Made by a program: the position numbers and the translations under genes. A stretch of DNA of 64,000 nucleotides from Candidatus Hydrogenedentota bacterium (GTDB lineage: Bacteria > Hydrogenedentota > Hydrogenedentia > Hydrogenedentales > SLHB01), in contig CAIYET010001005.1 in assembly GCA_903925285.1 (NCBI GenBank), positions 9,703 to 73,702 of the forward strand, given 5' to 3'. Numbering within the stretch: the first letter of the stretch is position 1; the number at the start of each line of letters is the position of its first letter. Positions 25,501 through 33,563 of the stretch are shown here, in pieces. The notes beneath the pieces are model-generated. The model was not told the origin of the DNA. It saw nothing but the letters and a program-made list of their open reading frames with translations, and made no database searches.

Positions 25501-27031
25501 CGATCAAGTATTCGAGTACACTCCGAAAGTCGGCGCGGATCGAGTCCTATGGGCGATGCAACTCCTCTCCTACCATGACGACACCCAATTCAACCCCGAC
25601 TGGTGGCAAGGGCACTACCTGAAGTCCGACAGCCGGTTCCTCATCACGAACAAGAGCCGCCGTATCGGGTGGAGCTACATCACGGCCGTGCGCGGGCTCA
25701 TAACCGCGCTGGACCCGGCGCTGTCGGGGTACACCAAGCAGTTCGTTTCCTATTCCCTCGAAGACGCCGTGGAGAAGATCCGCATCGCGACAGAGTTCTA
25801 CGACTCCATCGTGGAAGTGAAGCGGCCGAAAAAGATCGTATCGAGGACGCGGACCCATATCGAGTTCCTTGACCGGAACAGCCGGTCAATATCGCGTCTT
25901 ATTTCCCTCCCCTGCAAACAGCCCCGAGGCAAGGGCGGGGATATCAGCCTTGACGAGTTCGCTTTCCATCAAAAGGACGACGAGATATACACGGCCGCCC
26001 TGCCGATCATTTCGCGCGGGGGCAACCTTGAGATTGGATCGACGCCGTTCGGCAACAAGGGCAAGTTCTACGAGATAGTCACCGACAAGGCCCGCTATGG
26101 GAAGTACAAACGTTACGACATTCCATGGTTCATGGCCCCGGCCCTCTGCCGGGACTACAAGGCCGCCATAGCTGATAAGAACCTGACGACGGAGCAACGG
26201 GTAGAGAAGTACGGCACCGAAATCATTCAGGACATCATCCGGTCCATGCCGATCGAGGACTTCCAGCAGGAATACGAGTGTTCCTACCGGGACGAACTGG
26301 CCGCGTTCATCACGCTGGACATGATCCACGCATGTACGCCGATCGGGGATGACGAGTTCCTACCCTACAAGACGCTCGATGACTTCATTGTCGCCTACAA
26401 CCCGGCGATACACGGGTCCCTGTACGCGGGCTTCGACGTGGGCCGGACCAACGACAAGAGCGAATTGACCATCCTAGGGAACTATCCCGACGACCATACC
26501 CGGGCGGTATGGTGCTGTGTGTCCATGAAGGGCGCGAAGTTCGCGGATCAAGAAGCCCTGCTGGCGCGCGCGCTGTCTCAGCTTCCCATTCACCGCATGG
26601 CCATCGACGCAACGGGCATAGGCATGGACCTCGCCGAACGGATGACGACGAAGTTTAATAAGAAGGTGGAGGCTTGCACCTTTACCACCGAATTCAAGGA
26701 AGCCATAGCCGACGCGCTGTGGTTGATCTTCGACGCCGTGGGGATCATCCTGCCGGCGGACCGGGAGCTTCAGGAACAGATTCACTCCATCAAGAAGACC
26801 GTCACCATCGGGAAGCACTCCCGCTTCGACTGCGACAAGAATCAGAAACACCATGCGGACCGATTCTGGTCGCTGGCGCTCTCGAACTACGCCGTTGAAT
26901 CCGCGCCGGCCCAGACGCGGGGACAGTTCTACGCTCAATGGGAGAAGAGGAAGCTGGAAGGCACGGTGAAGATATCGAACCCGAACACGGTCCTGAACAG
27001 GATCGCGGCGGCCTACCGCAATAGGATATAA
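25493..27031 (+). CDS. terL: terminase large subunit
   Basis: Internal ATG (MNNDQVFEYTP) overlaps the MTase 3' end. Walker B-like GGDISLDEFAFH. Nuclease-half acidic motifs YAGFDVGRTNDKSEL and MAIDATGIG. Size is about 512 aa. Confidence 0.8.
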   Translation: MNNDQVFEYTPKVGADRVLWAMQLLSYHDDTQFNPDWWQGHYLKSDSRFLITNKSRRIGWSYITAVRGLITALDPALSGYTKQFVSYSLEDAVEKIRIATEFYDSIVEVKRPKKIVSRTRTHIEFLDRNSRSISRLISLPCKQPRGKGGDISLDEFAFHQKDDEIYTAALPIISRGGNLEIGSTPFGNKGKFYEIVTDKARYGKYKRYDIPWFMAPALCRDYKAAIADKNLTTEQRVEKYGTEIIQDIIRSMPIEDFQQEYECSYRDELAAFITLDMIHACTPIGDDEFLPYKTLDDFIVAYNPAIHGSLYAGFDVGRTNDKSELTILGNYPDDHTRAVWCCVSMKGAKFADQEALLARALSQLPIHRMAIDATGIGMDLAERMTTKFNKKVEACTFTTEFKEAIADALWLIFDAVGIILPADRELQEQIHSIKKTVTIGKHSRFDCDKNQKHHADRFWSLALSNYAVESAPAQTRGQFYAQWEKRKLEGTVKISNPNTVLNRIAAAYRNRI

Positions 27032-27049
27032 AAATGTTGATATGGCCTA

Positions 27050-27078
27050 TTGACGGATTTTCCGATCGGGCTTACTAT
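27050..27078 (+). promoter_or_regulatory. sigma70-type promoter P2 (TTGACG-17-TACTAT)
   Basis: Lies in the gap after terL, preceded by an A-rich tract and followed by the first Zn-finger gene. Confidence 0.55.
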
Positions 27079-27107
27079 TCGAGTAGGAAGGGGAGGAACC
27101 CCGACCG

Positions 27108-27599
27108 ATGGAGAACCAAATGAAGTTCAAGTACGAATCCCAACCTTGCGGCCGGTGCGGCGGGACAGGGCACTACTCTTTCAATCAAGTCTCGGGCACA
27201 ACCTGTTTCAAGTGCAACGGTTCGGGCAAGCAGTTAACGCGCGCTGGGGGCGCGGCGAGCAAGAAAGTGACCGCCATGCTGGACGAACTCTGGAACACTA
27301 CCGTTGCGACCATCCTGCCCGGCGACATGGTGTGGTTTAATGTTTCGCAACAATTCCTTGGAACCCGCATGCGCTGGGCCAAGGTTGCCCGGGTGGAACC
27401 GAGCGGGGCCGTCGTCTCCTATGTCGAGAACGGCGTAGAGGTCAAGGTCGACTATCTCAACATCATCGTCACCTACAAGGGCAAGGAATCAGGCGCGGGT
27501 TACGGTCCTAGCATGACCATCCGCCGCTGGAAGGAAGTTCCCGCAGAAACCCTGAACAAGATTCGCAAGATGAAAGGCGTCATCGTGGAGGCGGAATGA
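27108..27599 (+). CDS. DnaJ-type (CxxCxGxG) zinc-finger protein, paralogue A
   Basis: CGRCGGTGHYSFNQVSGTTCFKCNGSGK. The C-terminal part shares IRRWKEVP...GVIV with CDS 28064..28534. Confidence 0.55.
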   Translation: MENQMKFKYESQPCGRCGGTGHYSFNQVSGTTCFKCNGSGKQLTRAGGAASKKVTAMLDELWNTTVATILPGDMVWFNVSQQFLGTRMRWAKVARVEPSGAVVSYVENGVEVKVDYLNIIVTYKGKESGAGYGPSMTIRRWKEVPAETLNKIRKMKGVIVEAE

Positions 27600-27862
27600 A
27601 CCACATACGGATTGTCTGGAAGCATAAGAACTTCGTATTGCACGGCCGAAAATATACCGGACCCATTGTAAAGAATGAAACCATGTGCGGCGCTCCCGTG
27701 ACTGATCGCGACGTAAGCGTGAAGAGCGCCCGATCGAGCCGCGAGAAGGGCAACCTCCAAGAATGGATGGACTGCCCTGAGTGTGCAAAGCTTCTTGAAT
27801 CCTACAAGTATTCAAGCAATATCGTCCTGCCCTCAAGCGGGATTCCCCTACAGGAGGAATGA
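27596..27862 (+). CDS. hypothetical protein
   Basis: ATGA overlap, 88 aa, contains a CPEC pair. Confidence 0.4.
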   Translation: MNHIRIVWKHKNFVLHGRKYTGPIVKNETMCGAPVTDRDVSVKSARSSREKGNLQEWMDCPECAKLLESYKYSSNIVLPSSGIPLQEE

Positions 27863-28062
27863 ACATGCCCAAGGTAATCGTGGTCGAGGAAACATGGAAC
27901 GCCTACGGCAAGGGTTCCGCCCGGATCGCGGAAATCGAGCAGGACAAGGCTGTCGCCTACGAGCGGGCGGACAACCTCGATATCTACCGGACCATCTGCC
28001 CGAGCATGGTCAAGGCCCGCGAAGCCTTGCGCGTTGCTCAAGCGGCAATAGAGGAAGTGTGA
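27859..28062 (+). CDS. hypothetical protein
   Basis: ATGA overlap, 67 aa. Confidence 0.4.
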   Translation: MNMPKVIVVEETWNAYGKGSARIAEIEQDKAVAYERADNLDIYRTICPSMVKAREALRVAQAAIEEV

Positions 28063-28063
28063 C

Positions 28064-28534
28064 ATGATCCAGTACGAAACGATCCCATGCCGGAAGTGCA
28101 ACGGCGTCGGGTACATCGAACAGCGCAAGTTCAAGGACGGATGGGTGCAATGCGGGCGGTGCAAGGGCTCAGGGAAGCTCTCGACGGCGGCCGCTCGCCG
28201 CGCGCATGTGGAAGTTGAAAAGCTTCTCGATCTGGCATGGTCCATCACTATCCACGAAGTGAAGCCCGGCAACCGAATCTGGACCGCATGGCAGGGGGAA
28301 TCGCCGGCATGGTGGAAGGTCCTCGATTCGTATTCCATCCCGGTCGGGAAGCTCTGGAAGCTGGTGTGCAAAGAGGACACCCGGCCCGACAAGATACTAA
28401 CCCTGACATACCACGAAAACCGCGCCATACGGCGATGGTGCAAGATTCCCGAAGACATAATGGCGAAGATCGCGGCAACGCCCGGGGTATTGGTCGTCGA
28501 CGACGATCCAAAGAAGGGAAAGGGAAATGCGTGA
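28064..28534 (+). CDS. DnaJ-type (CxxCxGxG) zinc-finger protein, paralogue B
   Basis: CRKCNGVGYIEQRKFKDGWVQCGRCKGSGK. The C-terminal part has IRRWCKIP...GVLVV. Confidence 0.55.
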   Translation: MIQYETIPCRKCNGVGYIEQRKFKDGWVQCGRCKGSGKLSTAAARRAHVEVEKLLDLAWSITIHEVKPGNRIWTAWQGESPAWWKVLDSYSIPVGKLWKLVCKEDTRPDKILTLTYHENRAIRRWCKIPEDIMAKIAATPGVLVVDDDPKKGKGNA

Positions 28535-28727
28535 GTCTGACGGGTCGCTCCCGGCTTTCCCGGCCCCGCCCTGTAGCGCCGTAGCCAAAGGCCCTGTAGG
28601 TTGTGACTGCGATTGCGAGCATTGCCCCGTTAAACCAGAGTGCAGTTCGTTTGTGCTGAATGGTGTCAGATTCACGTTCACCGTGAACCCCGGCGGGCCT
28701 AGCGGATGGGGCGAAGTGCTGTTGTAG
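28527..28727 (+). CDS. small Cys-rich protein
   Basis: 66 aa, GCDCDCEHCPVKPEC cluster, overlaps the upstream gene by 8 nt. Confidence 0.35.
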   Translation: MRESDGSLPAFPAPPCSAVAKGPVGCDCDCEHCPVKPECSSFVLNGVRFTFTVNPGGPSGWGEVLL

Positions 28728-28755
28728 GGCTCTCAATAAAAAAAGCAAGATAGGT

Positions 28756-28784
28756 ATTGACGGGTCCAAGATCATACCTTACGA
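28756..28784 (+). promoter_or_regulatory. sigma70-type promoter P3 (TTGACG-17-TACGAT)
   Basis: Preceded by AATAAAAAAAGCAAGATAGGTA (A-rich). Lies upstream of CDS 28825. Confidence 0.55.
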
Positions 28785-28824
28785 TGGGGTAAGGAAGGGA
28801 AGGAATCCCAACCGGGGAGAGAAC

Positions 28825-29265
28825 ATGGAATACACGGTCAAGAACGTCAAGACTTTCAAGGGCACCGACGGCCCGGGCTTCAGCGCCACCCTCTACCGCG
28901 ACGAAATCAAGATCGCTTCGGTCCTCGATGAGGGCGACGGCGGCGATATGTCCTTCATGTGGGACAGGCCGGCGGAAGCGGGGCTCTTCAAAGAATACTG
29001 CGAAACCCAGCCCCCGATGCCCATGGAGGGGCACGACCCGCTTCCCATGACCACGGATATCATGGTCGGCCGGCTGGTGGACAACTACACGGCCTTGGCC
29101 GAACAGCGCCGATGGTGCAAGGGCAAGATCGTCTTCAGGCTCAAGGGCGACAAGGAAGGCCAGTGGAGAACGCTCAAGGGCGTCTACAGCAAGCCCGTGG
29201 ACAACATCCTGAAGGACAAGTTCGGGGACACCCTTGAGGAGATCCTAAACAAGAGGTTCGTATGA
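28825..29265 (+). CDS. hypothetical protein
   Basis: GGGGAGAG RBS, 146 aa, no motif recognised. Confidence 0.5.
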   Translation: MEYTVKNVKTFKGTDGPGFSATLYRDEIKIASVLDEGDGGDMSFMWDRPAEAGLFKEYCETQPPMPMEGHDPLPMTTDIMVGRLVDNYTALAEQRRWCKGKIVFRLKGDKEGQWRTLKGVYSKPVDNILKDKFGDTLEEILNKRFV

Positions 29266-29489
29266 AAGAGCGATTTCGAGACTTCTTCAACTCGCACGAC
29301 GAAGACAACGTGCGGGTCGGTCGGGACTGGATGCGGTATCGGGAATTCATGAATCTCGGGAAGATCGACCCGTCCTCGGCGATGCCGTGCGTTAATGGGA
29401 AGACTTGCCCGCACCGGGGCGACAAGTACCCGTGTCGGGACTGCGAGCGGGACGTATTCAAAGCGATCGAAGGGGGAAACCATGGCTAG
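29262..29489 (+). CDS. hypothetical protein
   Basis: ATGA overlap, 75 aa, several Cys (CVNGKTCPHRGDKYPCRDC). Confidence 0.4.
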   Translation: MKERFRDFFNSHDEDNVRVGRDWMRYREFMNLGKIDPSSAMPCVNGKTCPHRGDKYPCRDCERDVFKAIEGGNHG

Positions 29490-29703
29490 GAAGCTTCTCT
29501 TCACGAAGAGGATCAAGGCCATCATGGGCGAGGGCATTGACGCCCGGCTCGTGGAAGCGGTCCTTCTCAAGGAACACGAGGCCCCCGAGGGCCTTTCGCC
29601 CATAGCGTTCGTGCATGAGGTCCGCGAAGCCGCCGACATGGTGCGGGGACACCCGGTCATCGCAAAGGCCTACGCCGAGCTTTACGACTTGGAGAAGCCA
29701 TGA
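29482..29703 (+). CDS. hypothetical protein
   Basis: Internal ATG (MARKLLFTKR) after GGGGGAA, in frame with track ORF 29395..29703. Confidence 0.4.
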   Translation: MARKLLFTKRIKAIMGEGIDARLVEAVLLKEHEAPEGLSPIAFVHEVREAADMVRGHPVIAKAYAELYDLEKP

Positions 29704-29951
29704 TCGTTACCGTCGTCATCAACACTTGCCGCGACTGCCGGTATCTGGGAAGCTCGGGCGGATTCACCCCGGGCGGCCCGTTGCCGGTATGTGAACACGT
29801 CTATGCCTACAAGTACATCGGGCTCTACGGCAAAGAAGAGGGCCGCGATATCCTTTCCGGCAATCACTGGATTCACCGGGTCCCCTTCGCTGACTGGAAC
29901 AAGCCCAAACTGCCCGAGTGGTGCCCGCTCGCCCATGGCTCGAAATACTAA
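29700..29951 (+). CDS. hypothetical Cys-rich protein
   Basis: ATGA overlap, 83 aa, CRDC...C...C pattern. Confidence 0.4.
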   Translation: MIVTVVINTCRDCRYLGSSGGFTPGGPLPVCEHVYAYKYIGLYGKEEGRDILSGNHWIHRVPFADWNKPKLPEWCPLAHGSKY

Positions 29952-29961
29952 GGGGGATGGT

Positions 29962-30531
29962 GTGTCGAAAGAACTGCGGATTGAAGTCAAGATAAAGAAC
30001 TCGATCCTCTATAACCTGATTATGGGGGCCTACCCTACCGTAAATGATTTTTGTAAACAAAATAGTTTCAAGAGTAACGAGGTCTATGCTCTCATCAACC
30101 TGAGACAGGGGCCATGGAAGGCGAATGGAAAATGGAGGCCGCTGGCAACAGAGATTGCCGGGGTGTTTTCTATGTCTGAAGAAGAAGTTTTCCCTGCCAA
30201 GATATATTCGATCGAAAAAGTAAGTGGGGTCGCAGAAGTTTCTTATGATTCTTTTGCGGGAATGGCTATAAACAAAAACGATAATCCGGAAAGATTCGCT
30301 ATCGAATCGACCATGCACGATGCCATTAACGATGTTCTATCAGGTTTCGATGAAAGACAACAGATAGTAATTAAAAGGCGCTTTTGGGAAAACAAAACTC
30401 TTTTAGAGTGCGCGGAAGAATTGGGAGTCGGCAAAGAGCGTGTTCGGCAGATTGAAGCAAGGGTATTGCATGATATTCGCAGGAGCAAGAAAGGACAGGC
30501 CTTGGGTGTCTTTCTGGACATGCAAGAATGA
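29962..30531 (+). CDS. sigma-70 region-4-like HTH protein (atypical sigma factor or sigma-mimic)
   Basis: GTG after AAGGGGGA, in frame with track ORF 29791..30531. LSGFDERQQIVIKRRFWENKTLLECAEELGVGKERVRQIEARVLHDIRR is a near-textbook sigma region 4.2. No clear region 2 was seen. Lies in an AT-rich island. Confidence 0.65.
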   Translation: MSKELRIEVKIKNSILYNLIMGAYPTVNDFCKQNSFKSNEVYALINLRQGPWKANGKWRPLATEIAGVFSMSEEEVFPAKIYSIEKVSGVAEVSYDSFAGMAINKNDNPERFAIESTMHDAINDVLSGFDERQQIVIKRRFWENKTLLECAEELGVGKERVRQIEARVLHDIRRSKKGQALGVFLDMQE

Positions 30532-30725
30532 TCGACCCCTATTCCTTTGGCGAAGACGCCCGGTGCTATGGCAAGGGATGTCCCCGGGTGGCTGAGTGCG
30601 CGCGGTACGACAGGAAGAAAAGCCCGAAACATTTCCTGTGGACGGCATGGAATAAAGACCGGAAGGACTGCAAGGCTTTCAAAAACAAAATAGCCCCTTT
30701 ACATATTCCGAAAACAAGTCGATAA
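30528..30725 (+). CDS. hypothetical small basic protein
   Basis: ATGA overlap, 65 aa. Confidence 0.4.
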   Translation: MIDPYSFGEDARCYGKGCPRVAECARYDRKKSPKHFLWTAWNKDRKDCKAFKNKIAPLHIPKTSR

Positions 30726-30769
30726 TAAAGGCATGAAGAGGCGATGGACTCGCTTCTAGGAGACAACCG

Positions 30770-30910
30770 ATGCCAACTTGGGAAACGATAAAGAATTCAA
30801 TTCACGAATTCCCTGACAATCACCCGATCATTTTCACGATCCTTTGTGCCCCGCCGCTCGCCGTCTTCATGTACTTCTTCTACATCCTCATGTGGGCGGC
30901 CTTCGCATGA
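30770..30910 (+). CDS. possible 46-aa membrane microprotein (below the ORF-track cutoff)
   Basis: Hand-translated as MPTWETIKNSIHEFPDNHPIIFTILCAPPLAVFMYFFYILMWAAFA. Its stop overlaps (ATGA) the start of the next CDS. Confidence 0.3.
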   Translation: MPTWETIKNSIHEFPDNHPIIFTILCAPPLAVFMYFFYILMWAAFA

Positions 30911-31200
30911 CGGCCCCGGAATCAATCTCCGCCGCGCTGGCGACGGTAGGGATCTCGTTCGAGTCCGAAGGGGTGACATGCCGGGAAGAGGGCGAGGCCA
31001 ACCAGTATTCCATACTTTCCGAAAAGAAGTGGATCGCCTTGATCCTGCAAAACGGCGAATTCGGCGTGACGAGGCAACGGGCGAATATGGCCTTGTTCAT
31101 GGCCGCGCCGGCTCTCCGCGACGAAGTGATAGCCTTGCGCGCGGAAGTAGTTCGGTTGAAGGCTTTTTTGAAGACGGTCGGATGGGAAATGCCGGCATAG
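30907..31200 (+). CDS. hypothetical protein
   Basis: Internal ATG (MTAPESISAAL) in frame with track ORF 30844..31200. C-terminal coiled-coil-like segment. Confidence 0.45.
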   Translation: MTAPESISAALATVGISFESEGVTCREEGEANQYSILSEKKWIALILQNGEFGVTRQRANMALFMAAPALRDEVIALRAEVVRLKAFLKTVGWEMPA

Positions 31201-31214
31201 GTTGTAAATTCAGT

Positions 31215-31535
31215 CCGGTAAGGCGTGGCCCGGCCCGGAATGGTGGGGTGTGGTTTGATACGGAAAGGCAGGGCCCGGTATGGTGAGGTGTGGCTGGAAT
31301 GGCGTCGCTAGGTTGGGTTCGGATGGGCATGGCGCGGTACGACTCGGTCTGGTTGGGTTCGGCTGGTTTGGTGAGGTAGGGTACGGCATAGAAAGGCGTG
31401 GTTCGGTCCGGATCGGAATGGCTGGAATGGTATGGTTAGGTGCGGATCGGTAGGGATCGGCTCGGTTTGGTAAGGCTGGAATGGGATAGCGAGGTACGGT
31501 TAGGTACGGCCCGGTGCGGTATGGCGGGGTCAGGT
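31215..31535 (+). repeat. noncoding G+T-rich degenerate repeat array (iteron-like)
   Basis: GGAATGG occurs 5 times (31237, 31296, 31415, 31424, 31478) and GGCTGGAATGG 3 times. GGTTGGGTTCGG occurs twice, 40 nt apart (31311, 31351). Many GGTAAGG/GGTATGG/GGTTAGG variants. No plausible + strand ORF. Confidence 0.6.
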
Positions 31536-31555
31536 TTAATAAAAGGAGTAGGGCG

Positions 31556-32041
31556 ATGGAAAATGTATTTGAACTGTCGGTAGGCACAAGGACAAGGCGC
31601 GGGACATTCCAGCCCGCTTTCAGGAAGGTGGTAAGGACGAACCTTGACCGCTACAAGCTGGCCGACCTAATGATCAAGCAGTACGGCCCGATGGAAGTCG
31701 TCGTCGCGGAAGTGTCGCTTGTCGAGGAAGTCACCGCGCCGATTCCCGATCCCCTGTTGCCGACGCCGCCGAAGGAGCCCGAGCAGAAAAGGATATACTC
31801 GATGCACTTTTCCCGGAAATTGACCACAGAGGAGCAGAACGCAAGGTTCCGGCTGGTCGAAGCTTGCAATAAAGCAAACAACGAGTACAAATTCTTCGAG
31901 TACAAGATCCGCGACAGGTTCGCGGCTGAATATGCTTTTGTGAGCTATATCGAAAACTTCAAGACAGGAGAATGGTCGGCAGAGGGCGACTATAAGTTCA
32001 ACAACCCTATCGACATTTTCAAAGAAGGAGACACCAAATGA
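31556..32041 (+). CDS. hypothetical protein
   Basis: Internal ATG (MENVFELSVG) after AAAAGGAG, in frame with track ORF 31514..32041. Confidence 0.5.
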   Translation: MENVFELSVGTRTRRGTFQPAFRKVVRTNLDRYKLADLMIKQYGPMEVVVAEVSLVEEVTAPIPDPLLPTPPKEPEQKRIYSMHFSRKLTTEEQNARFRLVEACNKANNEYKFFEYKIRDRFAAEYAFVSYIENFKTGEWSAEGDYKFNNPIDIFKEGDTK

Positions 32042-32301
32042 AGGGCGATGCAATGCTGGGCGGAACACAGGCTTCGGTCGTCAAGGTCATGCAGGACTTG
32101 AACTGGTGGATCATCGCGGATGTCTACAGGAACGAGCCCACGCTGGGAAGCCTGAAGACCGCCGCGTCGGCCATGGCGCGCCTCGCGGCCCGGGGCTACC
32201 TTGAGAGCCGCGTCGACGCCGGGCACCACCCCCTCCGGTCCCAATACCGGCTGACGGAAGCGGGGATCGACGCCGGCATACGGCTGGGCGTTATCTCTTG
32301 A
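32038..32301 (+). CDS. winged-helix DNA-binding protein candidate
   Basis: ATGA overlap, 87 aa. ...LKTAASAMARLAARGYLESRVDAGHHPLRSQYRLTEAG resembles a MarR/PadR-type recognition helix plus wing. Confidence 0.45.
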   Translation: MKGDAMLGGTQASVVKVMQDLNWWIIADVYRNEPTLGSLKTAASAMARLAARGYLESRVDAGHHPLRSQYRLTEAGIDAGIRLGVIS

Positions 32302-32326
32302 CGGCTCACTGAATCGGGTTTATTCT
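32298..32326 (+). promoter_or_regulatory. possible sigma70-type promoter P6 (TTGACG-17-TATTCT)
   Basis: The -35 overlaps the stop of CDS 32038..32301. Followed by a 40-nt leader and AAGGAG before CDS 32367. Confidence 0.4.
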
Positions 32327-32366
32327 TTGCTCTGAAGAAGGCAGAACCTTTTTCAAAGGAGTTACC

Positions 32367-32690
32367 ATGAAATGCTTGGTTGTAGGCGGACTCAAGAACG
32401 GCGCGATGATTCGGGTCGATACCCAAAAGCGCGCGATCGAAATGGACGGGACCGTGTGCGCGATCGTGGATCACGCTTTCGACGAATGGTTCGTCTACTA
32501 CGAAATGGACGGGGATGCCGGCGAAGATCATGGGGTTGAATCCTTCTCCACGAAAGATGAGGCCGTGGAATTCATCAACTTTCACATGCGGGGATACCAT
32601 ACCGAAATCGACGACTACAGGCTTATCCACGGGGAAGAACTGGTACTCAAGCCCGTCTCGATCGTCACCGGCGTAATGGTGGACGAATGA
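32367..32690 (+). CDS. hypothetical protein
   Basis: AAAGGAG RBS, 107 aa. Confidence 0.5.
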   Translation: MKCLVVGGLKNGAMIRVDTQKRAIEMDGTVCAIVDHAFDEWFVYYEMDGDAGEDHGVESFSTKDEAVEFINFHMRGYHTEIDDYRLIHGEELVLKPVSIVTGVMVDE

Positions 32691-32832
32691 GGTATGGCCC
32701 CGGGGACATGGTGGAGGGTCCGCTCGAACCCCCAGAAGAGAAACCAGACAACACGGAAAGGGACGCCCGCCGCGTGGAGGCGTACCTTGACCGCTTGAAG
32801 GACGAAGGCGATAGCGCATAGGCGCAAAGGAG

Positions 32833-33411
32833 TTGACGATGGGAGACGTAGTGAAGATGAAGAAAAGCGGCGGGCCGGCGGTGCCCCTGTCCATCGTCCT
32901 GATGACGATGCTGTTCGACAACACGGAGGTCGGGAAGGCCCTGAACGTCGCCGAGTACAATCGGTGCCGCGATGCGGTCGATGCGGTGCTGGACGAGTGC
33001 GCCCGCCGGACGAAGAACGACATCGTGGCGTGGATGAAGAACTCGCCCGAACTGACGAACATCATACAGGATGACTTCCGCGAGAAGACCCAGAAGGCCG
33101 CCCTGCGGGCGATAGCGTGGATTCTCGGGCTGAAGCGCCGGGAACTGTGGGCGTGGAAGGGCAAGAAGGGCCGGGCCAAGCTGTCGCCGATGCTCATGGC
33201 GATCATCATGGAAGGAACCGAACTGCCACCAGCCGCCCCTGTGGCCAAGGCCGCCGAAGCCGTCCCGGGCGACGATGAGGTCATAACCATGGACGCCGCC
33301 CCGGTGGAAGGCGAGATCCTTCCCTCTCTGGCGGAAGAGAAGAGCCCCGAAGAGCCGACGGAAGGCTCCATGCCGGCCCTCAAGACCGTCATGGTAGAGG
33401 AGAAGCAGTAA
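32833..33411 (+). CDS. hypothetical protein
   Basis: Track ORF (non-ATG start; in-frame ATG two codons in). 192 aa with an acidic/Pro-rich C terminus. Confidence 0.5.
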   Translation: MTMGDVVKMKKSGGPAVPLSIVLMTMLFDNTEVGKALNVAEYNRCRDAVDAVLDECARRTKNDIVAWMKNSPELTNIIQDDFREKTQKAALRAIAWILGLKRRELWAWKGKKGRAKLSPMLMAIIMEGTELPPAAPVAKAAEAVPGDDEVITMDAAPVEGEILPSLAEEKSPEEPTEGSMPALKTVMVEEKQ

Positions 33412-33563
33412 TGGCAGGAGAAGTGCTGAAACTCATGTACCGGATTCCCCGGTGGTACTCCGACGTTGGAATAGCGGAATCCGAACTACAGTGTGCAAAG
33501 GACGACCTCAAGAAAGCCAGCCAGCTTTCCAAGCCCGAGTGCGCCAAAGGACCGACGGCATGA
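33411..33563 (+). CDS. possible 50-aa protein (below the ORF-track cutoff)
   Basis: Hand-translated as MAGEVLKLMYRIPRWYSDVGIAESELQCAKDDLKKASQLSKPECAKGPTA. TAATG overlap upstream and ATGA overlap downstream. Confidence 0.3.
   Translation: MAGEVLKLMYRIPRWYSDVGIAESELQCAKDDLKKASQLSKPECAKGPTA

Noticed and set aside
31205-31545. Possibility that the repeat array is a CRISPR array
   Set aside because: There is no regular alternation of identical repeats of 20 nt or more with unique spacers. The motifs are 7-12 nt, degenerate and irregularly spaced, and there are no cas genes.
31210-31587. 125-aa Pro-rich minus-strand ORF across the GT-rich array
   Set aside because: The minus strand here is A/C-rich and so nearly free of stop codons by composition. 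The ORF has no RBS, its orientation opposes all other genes, and the Pro-rich periodicity simply reflects the DNA repeats.
32687-32821. Possible 44-codon ORF (MRYGPGDMVEGPLEPPEEKPDNTERDARRVEAYLDRLKDEGDSA) filling the gap before 32833
   Set aside because: It is too short and low-complexity to support. My hand count of nucleotides in 32.82-33.36 kb also disagreed by 1 nt with the ORF-track frame, so the coordinates are unreliable.
32196-33392. 398-aa minus-strand ORF
   Set aside because: It overlaps four coupled + strand genes that have RBSs. Its Ser/Ala/Pro/Arg-rich translation has no motif. It was judged a GC-rich antisense artefact.
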